Counted from the stretch's first letter, positions 27,531-42,884 are shown. The stretch is DNA of 64,000 nt from Octopus vulgaris (GCA_951406725.2 OX597822.1:55738001-55802000), one strand, 5' to 3'. The notes: generated by a model not told the origin, from the sequence alone. Made by a program: numbers and translations.

Positions 27531-29599
27531 TTTCAAACAAGACGCGCACACACACATATATACATGTACCTAACGTAATCCCCAGGTAAATTACATTTCT
27601 CAAACTGCAGCTTTTGAGACGTTCAGGGGAGTGAACCACCGACAAAAATGTTTTTGATATCACGAAAGTCTCGCCTTAATGAAGTATCAGTGGGCTGTAG
27701 TTAGGAAATACCTTGGTTGTAATACAGTGAATGCTTTGGCTTGTTTTAGAGGGCAACATGTGAGAAAAGATTCTGCTTTTCTATAAAGGCATAATCTCTG
27801 TCATGAGACCGGACCCAAACAGTTCCATAGCCATTGGATCAGTTTAAGCCGAAAATGCCATTCTGTATAGACAGGAGCCCTGTTACTGGAAGCTGAACAC
27901 ATTCTTTTGAAGTACAAAGTTTATAATGGCTGAATTAACGAATAAATGTGATAGAGGTTAGTGGAAGCAATCGGCAACTATCAGTGGTAGAAAGCTCTGA
28001 AGAGGGAAATTAGAAGAGATTAAGCAAGGCCTAACTTGGTCATGAAAATCAATTTGTAAGCGTTTAACGCATTCTAATGATATATTGAGGTAGTTTCATC
28101 AAATAATAGTTCGTTGAGGAAGTAATTTTTCTTATTACAATAAATAAAAAAAATATATTTCCTGTTTGAAATAGTAAATATTGTGTAGATAATAGTATAT
28201 TTCATGTGGTGCATGAATTAGGGTAGCCTGAATATCGCCGTGCTGTTCGTTTCAGATCTAAAAAAAAAAAAAGAGAAAGAAACGAAAGCAAAATGTAGAT
28301 TCGGTGTGTGTGAATGATGTGTAAATTAAAAAGAGATGAAAGTAAGAGACAGAACTAATGAGTAAATTAAAAGAGATGGATTTCAAAGTTATCAAACTGA
28401 TGTACAGCGGCGAGAGTGTTTGTTATGATAATTTCTTCAACGAGTGACACAAAAGTTGAGTTATGAGAGCTAAGATGAGCGTTTTCAAGCACAAAAATGA
28501 AAGCCGTTCGATGGCCCAATTAACAGAGCAGGATGTGACAGGCAAGTCACAATTCGGGCTTTGACGCACCGAGATGGTCGCATGCTATTCAATTCTAAGC
28601 AGATGTGTGCGGATTTCCAATGCTAGTTTGCTTGACTGCCCAGATTGGGAGATGCTCCGGAGACAATGATAGAGCTGAGTGTTTGCTTCGATGTCCTGTT
28701 GTACTTCCCCAAGGTGCAGAGCATGGCAAAAAAGTAGATAAAAGCAACTGAAGTACGGATGTGCAAGGAGTAAATCGCCAGATTAGAATGGCGTGCTTAG
28801 ACGTAATTGATAATTTCTTGCTGGTAACTCTGTTGAATGCAGTTTAGAATTTTGGCCAATGTATTAACAAAAAATGATGATTGTTCTTGGTAGTTCTTGA
28901 AAATACGAGCACACTCGATCCCGAACAGATCTATTTATAACAATCTTCACTTCTTACAATAAATTTTAGAGAAGAGTAACAAATCTAGTTTTGGTGGGGG
29001 TCAACGTAACGGTGTTGAACACCACGGTAGACAAGGTGGACAGCACCGGTCTAATGGAGTACTAATTCTATCGAGAAAAGTCGGTGTGCTTGTAGCGCAG
29101 CACTTGCAGAAGCAGCAAGTCCATATCGCTGGATATCGACGTGAAACGCTGAACAGACGGACTGTTCCAAGTAAATCAGGATTGGAATGATATAAACAGG
29201 TTGATCAATTTCACCGGAAATGTTCCGCAGAAAAGCCATCTCGAAAACGACTGGTAGCAGTGGCGAACGCGTATATTTCCTTCATTATACACCCTCACCT
29301 GACGATCGCGTCCTACCTGAGATATTTTCTAAGCAGATTGGAGCGTTTTCTTTTTCACTTTAAGTGGAAGGGATATATTCCACTAGCCAGGCGGTCCACC
29401 TTCTTCGATACAGCGATCCAGTATGCTGTGGTTGATGATCAACAGACATACGCTGACATTGCGGCATCTACAAAGATAGGAAGTTGGCGTAATCACCTTT
29501 TGTTAAGTTTGTTTACATATATGCACGCCCATGTTTGTAAGGGTGGAGGTGTACAATACATATATTCTATATATATATCTATATCTATATATCTATATC

Positions 29600-29644
<45 letters not shown>

Positions 29645-29763
29645 GTGTGTGTGTGTGTGTGTGTTTATGCACTCTTCCGCATACACTCAAAGTTTGCTTG
29701 CAACTACATCTAAAACTTTGTTGTATCTAAGGAGAGTCTTCACGCCAATATTAATAACGGACG

Positions 29764-29890
29764 CACTGGTTCAATTTCACTCTTTTATTATTAGTCAATT
29801 GTTGAAATATCCAACTAACCAATCGACTGTTTGTTTAGTTAGTTGGATATTTAACCAGTTGACTGATAAAGGAGTGGAACTGAACCAGTG
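29764..29890. repeat. Short palindrome (MITE- or PLE-hairpin-like)
   Basis: CACTGGTTCA...AAATATCCAACTAAC / GTTAGTTGGATATTT...TGAACCAGTG; arms ~55 bp. Confidence 0.75.
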
Positions 29891-30062
29891 TGTGTTATTA
29901 ATATTGGCGCAATGACTCTCCCTAGACATAACAAAATTTGTTTCAACACACGAATTCACATAAAGAATCTTGCAAACCAGATACAAAAACGAAGTACATC
30001 TAAAACAATTAGCAAAACGTATGGCTACATGCTACTAAACTATAGTCGCTCTCGAGTAACAC

Positions 30063-30184
<122 letters not shown>

Positions 30185-30762
30185 CACACACGCAACACAC
30201 ACACAACACACACCACACTCGAAGCTAAATTATTATGGTAATATATGCGTGAAATTATAGAATTATTGTATCCTCTAAAGAGTGTTTTAACGGTCGAATT
30301 GTTGTGCTTAGATAGACTGCATATGGATTAGGGTGAGAAAGAATGGCCTTGAGTGGTCTATACGTATTTTGTCTCGCGGATTCTCATCGGATGATTACTG
30401 CCACTTCAGTTGCATTCAGGTTGACTCTGATCCTTTTTGCCTGTAGTACGTGTTGTCGATAGAGGATCAGAACGGATTTCCTGGCGAGGAGAATGTAAAT
30501 TTTGTTGGAATTATAAAATTATTTATTTAGTATTTTCGATTTCACATAAGTTATTTTCAATATGAAGTCATATCTCAGTGTGCATTTGGACATTAAGTGC
30601 TCATAGTCAGTTAATATATGTTATTCGTTGGTCGTAACTATTTGTTTTTGAGTATGTTCTAGGTATATGGCAGTGTTTGGATTTGTAGAGTATCTATGTT
30701 AATTAATTTAATCTATATCATTCGCATTAATTCATTAGTTTATTCTTTATAAGTGCTATATA

Positions 30763-31050
30763 GGCGCAATGGCCCAGTGGTTAGGGCAGCGGACTCGCAG
30801 TTGTAGGATCGGGGTATCGATTCCCAGACCGGGCGTTGTGAGTGTTTATTGAGCGAAAATACCTAAAGCTCCATGAGGCTTAGGCAGAGGGTGGTGTCGA
30901 TCCCTGCTGTACTCTTTCGCTACAACTTTCTCTCACTCTTTCTTCTGTTGGCCTGCTCGCTTAGCCAGCGGGGTGGCATCATTTGAAGGCTAAAACAATG
31001 CGAAGTGCATTGTGACCAGCGATATGTAGCAACATCTGATAGCTTGGTCG
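30763..31050 (+). mobile_element. 3'-truncated tRNA-derived SINE
   Basis: Homologous to 20171-20440. Confidence 0.85.
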
Positions 31051-32161
31051 TAAAAAAATGCTATTTAAAGTTGATTGAGTTGGGTAATTATTGGTTTAAA
31101 AAAATTATTTGATTGAATTTTGTGTTACAATGTAATCGGGTTATAGATGGCTAAGTGTATAATTATGATCCGGACACAAACTATAAGGTTTGTATATTCC
31201 TAGGCAGCATTAAATTAAGTTTCTAAGGTTGTTTGACACCGAAGGAAGTTATGATCCTGCATACGAGTGTCGAAATAACCTTGATATCCATTAGATAGCA
31301 GAAGCGGAAGTTCTTTGTTTTTAGGTTGACATGCAAAGCCCCAAACGCCGACTTTTTTGACCACCTTCAGGCAACTATTTCAAATTCTCACGCTTTATTT
31401 AGAAATATAATAAAAGTCATCCCTCAAACTCGACAAGCGTAAAAGATGCACATTTTATAGAAAAGTGAGAAAATGTGGGAAAAATAAGTAACTTTCCAGA
31501 ATAATCGTAAACCAACCAGCATGGCCGCTTAATTTGCAATTTGGAAGATGATTCCTATGTCGACCAATCATATGCCTCGTTGCATCTGTCAAGTTTATTC
31601 CTTAGTTGGTTATGTTTCTAAGGAACTGATTGAGTTTTATATTTTTGAAAGTATGTTCATTTATATTGTTATCAGTTTTAATATAAGATTATGATAATTC
31701 ACGCCGGGGTCGACTTGCCTTTCATTCTTTCGGGGTCGAAAAATAAGTACTAGTTGATTACTAGGGGCGATGTAATCGATTTACTTCCCCGAAATTGCTG
31801 GCCTTGTACCAAAATTTGAAATCAATGTTAGGTTATGATGTCTTCGTTCTTTCTTTATCCAATCTTTTACTTGTTTCAGTCATTGAACATTTTTTTTCTT
31901 TTTAGTCGAGTGAATCGACTCCAGCACGGATTGGGGTGTATAAACTGAACAGTAAAATATAGATATATCATATTATATAATATCGAAAAAACCTTAAGTG
32001 AAGAAGAAAGTAATGCATATCCAGAAGGGATTAATTGATCATTAATAGAGGTGTGAGTTTGTTTTTATAAATCTAGAAACTATGAATTGAAGAAGTTCCT
32101 GGGTTGAAAAATTCAATAGCGAGTGTATGGTATATATACATATTTACAAAGATATAAATCT

Positions 32162-32207
<46 letters not shown>

Positions 32208-32246
32208 ATAATTAAAGGTTTAGCAAAACCCTTAATTATATTTATA

Positions 32247-33170
32247 ACTAGCATTAAAGACCCGTCGTTGCCGGGTCATAGTGCTAGTGCATGTATATAC
32301 GTGTATATATATATGTGTCCATATTACATGTACATCTATATATATACATCTACACATAAAATACAAAATACAAAGTTATATCTTGATATCGCTAGTGATA
32401 ACAATGCTCAAAATATATAACAGACTGGAATTGTTAGCCCATCTCTAGTAATTTAGATCAATTGTATCTTGCCTACCTCTACTTCGGGGGGGGGGGGAAG
32501 CATTTAAAATTGTTTTTTCCGGGACGTCCTAATTCACAGATATAAAGGTAAAAATAAAATATTTCTACTTTGCACGCTCCGTTGACTCGAACCTTGCTTC
32601 TATTGTGGCGAATTTACCGCCTCTGATTAGATGTCTTTCATAGTCGCACCAAGACACTTTTTGAAGGTGCTTTCCTCCATGCGTTCAAATCTTCTTTTTT
32701 CTCTACATTGTATACTTTATAGACAATAGTCGTTTCTTTAATTTTTTATTATCCATCTGGACTATTCCATTTCTGCACGCTAATTCTATTTTTAATTTAT
32801 TCCCATTCATGTGAAACCACTTATTCAAGTTCAAGTCATTGATGTAATTTTATACCAATTGCTATTTTTACTTTTTTATGTTACGATTATATTATACTTT
32901 AGTTTGATTTTAATTATTACTTACTACATATAATTCAATTGTTGTTATTATTTTTATTGTTAAAGTGAAAGTATCTGACATAAAATAGAGAAATGTTTTT
33001 GTTTCACTTTTAACACGTAATACTGAAATAGTGGAGAAGATATGATATTGCTATGGGCTCGCTCTAGGCAAGAAGTGAACTTTTTTTGCCCATGAAACTA
33101 CATGGACCCTAAGTAAGGCATGTGTAAAATTTGAATGAAATTGGTTGTGTAGTTCTCAAGTTTTAGGGAA

Positions 33171-33201
<31 letters not shown>

Positions 33202-33220
33202 CACATTCTCAGTTTTATAT
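32247..33220 (-). mobile_element. Non-autonomous Helitron
   Basis: Minus-strand 5' end TATATAAAACTGAGAATGTGTG(TCTG)n; 3' hairpin GACCCGGCAACGACGGGTC followed 8 nt later by CTAG-T. Confidence 0.75.
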
Positions 33221-33323
33221 AAGTTTTTACCGATATTGTTTTTTTTTTCATACCGAAGCTACTTGGTAAAATTTGTTAGTTATTAAATTAATAATTTTTT
33301 ACCCTATATCTATAATATATATA

Positions 33324-33936
33324 TACATCTAATATAGGATAAAATTTTTCGAAAAAATTTTATCAATGGCCAGCATATTAAAAAATACCTTTAAAGGTTA
33401 AATTTATAAATAACTTATAAAGTAAAATAAAATAAAATAACTTATAAAACAACTTATAAAATAAGGGCAAAAGGAAAATTCTAATGCCAAATATGCCGAA
33501 AATAGACAAATTGTCAATAGCCATTATAATTTATCACAAATTAACATGCGTCTCGAAACAAGCCGATAGAAATTTCTAAAAACTTCCGTTATTACGGTAT
33601 TGGTCCCAATTTCAGAGTTAATTCATAAGAATTTTCTCCTCTTCAGCGATAAATACGTAAGACATAAATGAAATACTTACTCATACCCATGGAAAAAGCA
33701 AGCACTAAGTCCTGAGCAGACCTAAGTACCCCAAATATATACAAAATAGAAAATCTTCAGCACATCTCGAGACACGTGTGATTCGAACTAGAAACTTTCA
33801 CAGAGTGAGAGAGCCCGGAAGTGAACACTATTAAATTTACATCTAATATAGGATAAAATTTTTCGAAAAAATTTTTATCAATGGCCAGCATATTAAAAAA
33901 TACCTTTAAAGGTTAAATTTATAAATAACTTATAAA
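33324..33936 (-). mobile_element. 514-bp hammerhead-bearing unit with ~100-bp terminal direct repeat (Penelope pLTR/retrozyme-like)
   Basis: 33324-33420 is repeated at 33838-33936. TA-rich flanks; HHR at 33591-33654. Confidence 0.7.
33591..33654 (-). ncRNA. Type I hammerhead ribozyme
   Basis: UUAUCG-CUGAAGA-GGAG..AAUUC-UUAU-GAAUU..CUCU-GAAA-UUGG-GA-CCAA-UA-CCGUAA; intact core, AUA triplet, one stem I mismatch. Confidence 0.7.
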
Positions 33937-33969
33937 ATATTTTATAATATTTTATTTGATTTTATAAGT

Positions 33970-34053
<84 letters not shown>

Positions 34054-34107
34054 ATTATAATATAGATTTATACAATATTCATATGCACACGTATGTATAA
34101 ATATACG

Positions 34108-34167
<60 letters not shown>

Positions 34168-34639
34168 TATATATGTATGTATATGTATATATATGAATAT
34201 ATATATATATGTATTTATATGTATATATATGTATATATGTATATATATATATGTATGTATATATATTTATTTTGTATCATATGTAATATACACATATTTA
34301 TCTATACATACACACACACATATATGATACACGCGCGCGCACATATACCCATGCAAAGGAGCATACATACAAAAACATATACATACATGTATACATGCAT
34401 ACATGCTTACTTCTTATCTTTGGTAGAGTGAGGCAAGATAATCAACTGACCACCGTAAAATGACGCAAATTATGGATCAGTGGAGAAAAGAGATCTGTAT
34501 GACATATGAAGAGCACTGCCAACAAATAGCTGACAATGATTGGCACAACACCTACTTAACAATTGGGAAGAATCTGAAACCATCACTTCACTAATACTAT
34601 GATCTATTATATATGTATATGTTTAGCCGCACAAGTGAA

Positions 34640-35100
34640 GGCGCGTGGCCCAGTGTTTAGTATGTTGCACTCACGATCGCAAGTTAGCAGTTTCGATTTT
34701 CGAACCGGGCAGTGCGTTGTGTTCTCCAGTAAATCATTTCTTTTCATGTTGCTCTAGTCCACTCAGCTGGAAATGAGTAACCCCCTGCGACGGTTTGGTT
34801 CTCGCGTCCAGAGGAATTGCTGTGTTTCTGGTCATTTATATGCTATGGAAAACGGGTGGAGGTGCACGGCTCAGTGGTTAGGGCGTTGCACCCATGATCG
34901 TAAGATTGTGGTTTCGATTTCCGGACCGGGCGGCGCATTGTGTTCTTGAGCAAAACACTTCATTTCACGTTGCTTCACTTCGTTCAGATGATAAAAATAA
35001 GTAACCCGACGACGCACCGGCGTCCCGTCCCGTTGGGGAATATATACGCCACGGAAACCGAGAAACCGGCCCTATGATTCTGTATGACACGGGAAGGAAC
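34640..35100 (+). mobile_element. Two tandem tRNA-derived SINEs
   Basis: Heads at ~34640 (GGCGCGTGGCCCAGTG...GTTTCGATTT) and ~34861 (GGTGCACGGCTCAGTGG...GGTTTCGATTTCC), mutually similar. Confidence 0.7.
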
Positions 35101-35106
35101 GAACTT

Positions 35107-35156
<50 letters not shown>

Positions 35157-35219
35157 AAGACAATCGGTCCTGTGAGTCCTAGGGCCTCTTGACAGTGAAA
35201 TAATGCTAATGGCAGGTCT

Positions 35220-35540
35220 AAAAGTGTGATTAAGAAATATGTTTCATAATCACGTTGTTCCAAGTTCGACCCAATTGCGCAAGACCTCGGGAAGGTGTCT
35301 TCTACTCATTCCACAGTTTCGAGTGTAATTTGGTTCGCAGAAACTGTGCTTAGCTTTCAGTATGTATATGTACTTCTATGTGCTCGTGTCTAAACCGGTG
35401 TCTCTTTCGATAGAGATCAGTAGAAATCGATAAAGCGACTAGCAGACTGAAATGTGTGCTGTGCTCAGTATCTTAGACGAAAACCCTTAAAGGTGCTGAT
35501 CCAGTATAACGGCAGCCTGATGAGTGTTAACTGTAAATAA
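35220..35540 (+). mobile_element. Old diverged SINE (family 1)
   Basis: Remnant head (GTTCGACCC...GGTGTCTTCTACT) and tail (AAGGTGCTGATCCAGTATAACGGCAG). Confidence 0.5.
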
Positions 35541-35557
35541 GTGGAGAATATATGCGC

Positions 35558-35598
<41 letters not shown>

Positions 35599-35728
35599 GT
35601 GCGTGTGCGCGTGTGAAAGTAATATTAGTTTCATTGACAGAGATGTTATCATTAGGTTTTCATGACAAGTCCCCATAAATCCCAAGAGACTTTTCTACAA
35701 GTCCGCAATACTGTATTCTATTCCATTC

Positions 35729-35891
35729 TTGTTGCTGTTGTTGTTGTTGTTCTTGTTATTCTTGTTGTTGTTGTTGTTCTTCTTCTTCTTCTTCTTCTTC
35801 TTCTTCTTGCTATAACTATTTCTACTACAACAGCAGCAGCAACAACAACAATAACAACAAGTGCAGCAACTACTACTACTACTATTAGAAT

Positions 35892-35957
<66 letters not shown>
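35729..35957. repeat. Compound trinucleotide microsatellite (GTT/CTT/CAA/ACT)
   Basis: Direct inspection. Confidence 0.95.
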
Positions 35958-36428
35958 GTTAGTGAAATGTGTGGGTGTAGTATACACAAAGCTTACTATA
36001 CCTCCCGGTCTTCAGGGATTGATTAATTTAATGTCAGTATGCAAGAAAAAGTCTAAAAGTTGGCTGACGTGTTTAGTATTGGGTTCAGGATGCCAGTAAA
36101 ACGCATTAGGAACAAAGAGAGGAAACGTGTAACTGCATAAAAGAGTATGCAATAAAACAAGGGATAATGTGTTCAAATAGGACTCGAATGCACATAAAGA
36201 AGAAACATGTCTCCCTAAGATAGTGGCTTTAGCATATATTGATGATAGAGATAGTATTAATACTGAGAAGTAATATTTATTCCCACTTACACTTACACTT
36301 GGATGTTCGGTTAGAAAAGCTTTACTGCGGTTGGTACCATGGAAAAACTTTCATATGAGTTTTTAGTGCAGAGTGCGGGCTTGTTTGTTTTTATGGCCAG
36401 CTAGTGTCATAAACTCTAGTATCAAGAT

Positions 36429-36473
36429 CACCAGATCACACGATTTCGATCTTATTTGATCTCATCAGTAATG
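36429..36473 (-). ncRNA. Solo type I minimal hammerhead ribozyme
   Basis: CAUUA-CUGAUGA-GAUC-AAAUAA-GAUC-GAAA-UCGUGUGA-UC-UGGUG; intact core, all three stems pair, AUC triplet. Confidence 0.8.
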
Positions 36474-37541
36474 GACACTCGACCGCTAGATTTAGCAGCG
36501 GCTCATCTCTCCGCTAGTGATATATAGAAAACCAGTGCCAGAACAGGTACTGGTGTTGCGATTAGCCAGTGAGCTCGTTAAAAAAATATATATTTGTGAC
36601 AGAGCAGTATCAGTACTGAGAAGTATGCATGTGAGTGAGTCCTCTTCATTAACTGATTGAGCTTCTGTTGGATGAAGTTCAACATCTAAGTAAACAAGCA
36701 GCACCGTAATACAGTATGTGGAAATATGTTTTGACATTGAAGATGGAGTTGTCATAAGAGATTGTCAGACAATCAACTTTACCTAGCATATACAGCAATA
36801 CTGATAACAATTTATTTTAGTGTCCTTATATGAACAAAGGATAAGGTACAATCTTCTTTAATAAGTATACCAGTTGCGTTTCAGTACTTTTAAAGGTTAC
36901 TAGAATGACCTTTTTGGAATCTCTATTTTTGTAAGTAGTGTGGTTTGTGCGTGAGATACAAAAGTTGTAAGTGGGTGATATTTAAGCACAGAAGCTTAAG
37001 GAGTGATATGCAGAAAAATTTGTGCTGTTAGAACTAAAAAGAAGCTTATTAAAGTAGAGAAAGAAAAATGTTGAAGCGATGGCTGAATATGTTAAATTCA
37101 TGAATTGTAAGTTGGAAAGTTCCCCATTAAAGCTTACTGCATCGGAAAGTGCGGTAGGAAACTTTCAGATCCAAGGGAGGTGGTGTTGAAGAGCTTTGAA
37201 GGTAGTCATGATTGCCAGTGATCAGTAGTTGTAGACATTGATCAATATCAGCAAGACTTGCATTTAAGCTATATGTAGAAATAAATTGAGGTTTCCAAAC
37301 CGGGTGTAAGTATTACGAGACGTATCTTGGTCAACACATCATTTATACTTTGTGATATCACGTGGCAGAACTACTAAACTATTGGTAGGTTTTTAGAGTA
37401 AAACAGCAGGTTTAGTTGTTATTATTTGGTTCTTGATTAGCTCCGATCAAAGGTATTCCATTCTTGATTATCCTCTTTTTTTTACTGTGTCTCACTTGCT
37501 TAGCACGGCAGCGGTCTGAAACTATTTTAGCTTCTCTCTTT

Positions 37542-37763
37542 TACTCTTTTACTTGTTTCAGTCATTTGAATGTGGCCATGCTGGAGCACCGCCTTTAGTC
37601 GTGAAAATCGACCCCAGGACTTATTCTTTGTAAGCCTAGTACTTATTCTATCGATCTCTTTTGTCGAACCGCTAAGTTACGCGACGTAAACACACCAACA
37701 TCGGTTGTCAAGCGATGTTGGAGGGGGCCAAACGCAGACACACAAACATATACACACACATGC

Positions 37764-37798
<35 letters not shown>

Positions 37799-37961
37799 CG
37801 ACGGGCTTCTTTCAGTTTCCATCTACCAAATCCACTCACAAGGCTTTGGTTGGCCCGAGGCTATAGTAGAAGACACTTGCCCAAGGTGCCACGCAGTGGG
37901 ACTAAACCAGGAACCATGTGGTTGGTAAGCAAGCTACTTACCGCACAGCCACTCCTACGCC
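37542..37961 (-). mobile_element. Full-length tRNA-derived SINE (family 1) with internal microsatellite
   Basis: Reverse complement of the 38165-38610 type. Confidence 0.9.
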
Positions 37962-38164
37962 TATACTATTTATAATAGATAAGTGACGACTAGATGGAGG
38001 TTCTCTAGCGCTACAAAATAGGGATTTCATTAAAGAAATTTCTCCACTCTACCGGATATCACTGTCTTCACTCTACTGTCTGCAGTGATTTACCTTTAAT
38101 GTGTATGTGCAAAATTCACACTGTATGGCATCATGTGCTATCTATGAATATTTTATGTGCAAAG

Positions 38165-38325
38165 CAGGAGTGGCTGTGTGGTAAGTGGCTTGCTTACCAA
38201 CCACATGGTTCCGGGTTCAGTCCAACTACGTGGCACCTCGGGCAAGTGTCTTCTACTATAGCCTCGGGCCGACCAAAGCCTTGTGAGTGGATTTGGTAGA
38301 CGGAAACTGAAAGAAGCCCGTCGTA

Positions 38326-38388
<63 letters not shown>

Positions 38389-38610
38389 ATGTATGTGTGT
38401 GTGTTTGTGTGTGTGTGTTTGTCCCCACCAACATCGCTTGAGAACCGATGCTGGTGTGTTTACGTCCATGTAACTTAGCGGTTCGGCAAAAGAGACCGAT
38501 AGAATAAGTACCAGGCTTACAAAGAATAAGTCCTGGGGTCGATTTGCTCGACTAAAGGCGGTGCTCCAGCATGGCCGCAGTCAAATGACTGAAACAAGTA
38601 AAAGAGAAAA
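38165..38610 (+). mobile_element. Full-length tRNA-derived SINE (family 1)
   Basis: A box TGGCTGTGTGG, B box GGTTCAGTCC, internal (TA)n(TG)n, and tail GGCGGTGCTCCAGCATGGCCGCAGTCAAATGACTGAAACAAGTAAAAGAG. Confidence 0.9.
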
Positions 38611-40369
38611 ATTTTTAATGGTTAGCTGGTTTGTAATGTGCATGTGCAAAACGTCTATTGCATGCATAGATGTATATATGTGTTCATGGTTTGCATTAAG
38701 TCTGCAGGAAATAAAGTGGAAGCCGGTTATTACAATCGCAGATATTATTATCAACCGGTTATCGTTATCGTGCTCAAAATGCTTTATTTGCTCAATGTTA
38801 TCAGTCATTTATCACTAACACACCCACACACACACCCATATATACACACAAACACACATGCATAAACATTCCCGACTACACATACACACACGTCGCACGT
38901 ATTCACCATTTTATGCATATGTGGTTTATGTATATTTGGTGTAATATATGTTATACATTTATATGTATAATGGATGCACTACGAACGTAGATCTTTTATG
39001 TATCAGTGTATTTATATGTGTGAAGACGTAATGCACAAATGGAGACTCTATTGCATTTAATGTACGCAGGATTTTCACCTTTGGAGAGAAAAAAACCCTA
39101 TTCTCTTTATATAAAAGATTAAAATAGATGCGCTATATAAATTAGCTTACTTCCACCTCAGCTCCTTGCAAAGCTTTTGAAAATCTGAGTAGATAACTAC
39201 TAATTCACACTTAAAAGCTGGAGGAGATTTGTCACAGAACATTTATTAACGAACAAACTCTGGGACATCATTAGATAAATTGGTAAGTTTAATTGTACTA
39301 GGTAGTTATTTAAAGAAGTTAAGCACTGGAGATAATTTGAGAGCATCTATATACATAATTGCATGGTATGTAAGATTAACATTAGCAAAACATGCATTGG
39401 TTTGATTGCAAAGAAATAGCTAAGGAACATATAAATACAAACATATAGATATAAATATGAAAGCATACAAATATTTTATACAGTTCCACTAATGATTTTA
39501 CTTCTAGCATATCTTAAATAAATAACAGATAAGCACATGAACAGAACTTATATGTAAATAGAAGTATCTACGTAGTTGGTTTTATAGATTTTCTTTTAAC
39601 GGATTAATCAGAGAAAGTAGAACGCTTTTATGACCTTTTGCAGGTGTTCTGTGGACGATAGGAGGAGGTTATAGCGGTTATTCTCAGGATAGAGATCTGT
39701 TCCTGAATGCTTGGAACAAAATGGACTCCACTAAAATCAAGAAAGAGCTAAGGGGTGGTTTTAAACCACCTGATACAATAAATACAGTATCTTGATCCAA
39801 CGAAAAAGTCTCTGCTAAATCGCTCGTCTGGCCAGGAGAAATAGCAGCTAAATCTCCTTTAAATTACATACGACTGTTAAAAAACAGAAATAATAAAAGG
39901 GGGAATATATTGTATAAATGTATACTGGATATACTTGTTCTTTGTCTGAGGAGAAAACAACAACAACAACAACAACAAATGAGATGTTCATGTGGAATAG
40001 TCTCTCCGAAAGTTTTCTACTAAGTTTCTACGTATCAAATGTTATTCATAAGGCTCAGGTTGACCTGAAGTTATGTAAGTAGACACTTGTTTAAGGTGTA
40101 ACACAATGGCATCGAACCTGAACCCACATAGTTGAGAAGCGAACTTCATAACCCCAGAGCCATTCAGCTATCTGTTGATTGAGTATGAACTCTACTATAT
40201 GCAGAAGGAAAAAAATTTGATTTTAAGGAAAGTAAACCAAATATGTATACATAAAAAAAGTTATTCAATCCAGCTAAAAATATTAGTCAAGTGTCTCAAT
40301 TCACATGCTGCTTCCTTTAAAGAAAATATTGGACAAAGTAGTCTAAACAACATTATATCTTTTATCATT

Positions 40370-40655
40370 TCCTTGTCTTAGTCACTGGACTGCGGCGATG
40401 TTGGGGCAGCGCTTGATGGGTTTTATCGTATAAATCGATCCTAGTACTTATTTGTAAGTGAGGCGCTTATTCTATCGGTCTCATTTGCTGAACTGTTAAG
40501 TTATGGAACGTAAGCAAATAAACAACGGTTGTCATGTAATGGTGGTGGGGACAAAAACATACGCGCTTTCACACGGTACTGGCTGTCCCTGGGCTATAGC
40601 AGAAGACACTTGCTCAAGCTGCCCCACAGTGGGACTGAATCCGAAACTACATGGT
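40370..40655 (-). mobile_element. Diverged SINE (family 1)
   Basis: GGCTATAGCAGAAGACACTTGC...GTGGGACTGAA plus a degenerate tail. Further fragments lie at ~40010-40165 (-), 41245-41373 (+) and 46628-46737 (-). Confidence 0.7.
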
Positions 40656-41210
40656 TTAACCCATCGTGGACCGGCGGGGTTGAAATTACACAAATGGCCA
40701 TTGGGGTCTCGAGGGACCCCTTTTATTTTTGCGCATTTTCGCATTATCCATAAAGTAATATTTGTTTAATCTTGTAAATATGTATGAGTGCATGGTGCAG
40801 AACAAGAAATTTAGCACTTTATAGGTATATATTTGTAATTATTAGCGCTTAATGGAGGGGAATTAGAATATAATTTATTGACTCAAAAAAACCTATATTG
40901 AAAGAAATCAACATTTTTTATAGTTTTATAAACTAAACATATAGCACTAAATATAAAATAATGAAGGTTATGTAAACCAAACATTTTATGTGTTTCTAGA
41001 TTCTAACTCAGCACTTTTCGATCTGTGTCCCACGGTATTTAAGTTTATGGTGCATCTGTCCAAGATCAGGCAACTTTATTTCTAACTTTTCACCTTTCCA
41101 GAACAAAATTAAACACATGAAGCAAATAGCGTTGGTATTTTTGTCTGATGGCTTAACGAATCTGCCAATATATAACGATAGGCCTTTATTTAATATCAAG
41201 TAACCGTTCC
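40656..41210. mobile_element. Possible DNA-transposon end fragment (piggyBac-like TTAA-CCC start)
   Basis: It interrupts the SINE at TTAACCC and has a subterminal palindrome GGGGTC..GACCCC. No second end was found. Confidence 0.3.
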
Positions 41211-41370
41211 TTCATACGAGTGATAAAAAAATAGTAAGTATCTGATCGTTTAGTTGAGAAGCTTGCTTCTCGACCATGTCGTCTTGGGTCCGTCCCACTA
41301 ATTGGCATCATAGGTGAGTGTCTTCTGCCACAGTCCTGGGCCGACTAAAGCATTTTGAGTAGATTTGGTA

Positions 41371-41407
<37 letters not shown>

Positions 41408-41444
41408 ATTCTCTAAATGAGATATAGACAGTAACTGCTCCATA

Positions 41445-42870
<1,426 letters not shown>

Positions 42871-42884
42871 CATAATACTGCAGA

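Noticed and set aside
30260-31320. Possible decayed Penelope GIY-YIG C-terminus on the minus strand (EHLMSKC-like) with a remnant hammerhead near 30355-30395
   Set aside because: Too degenerate to support by eye; needs a profile search.
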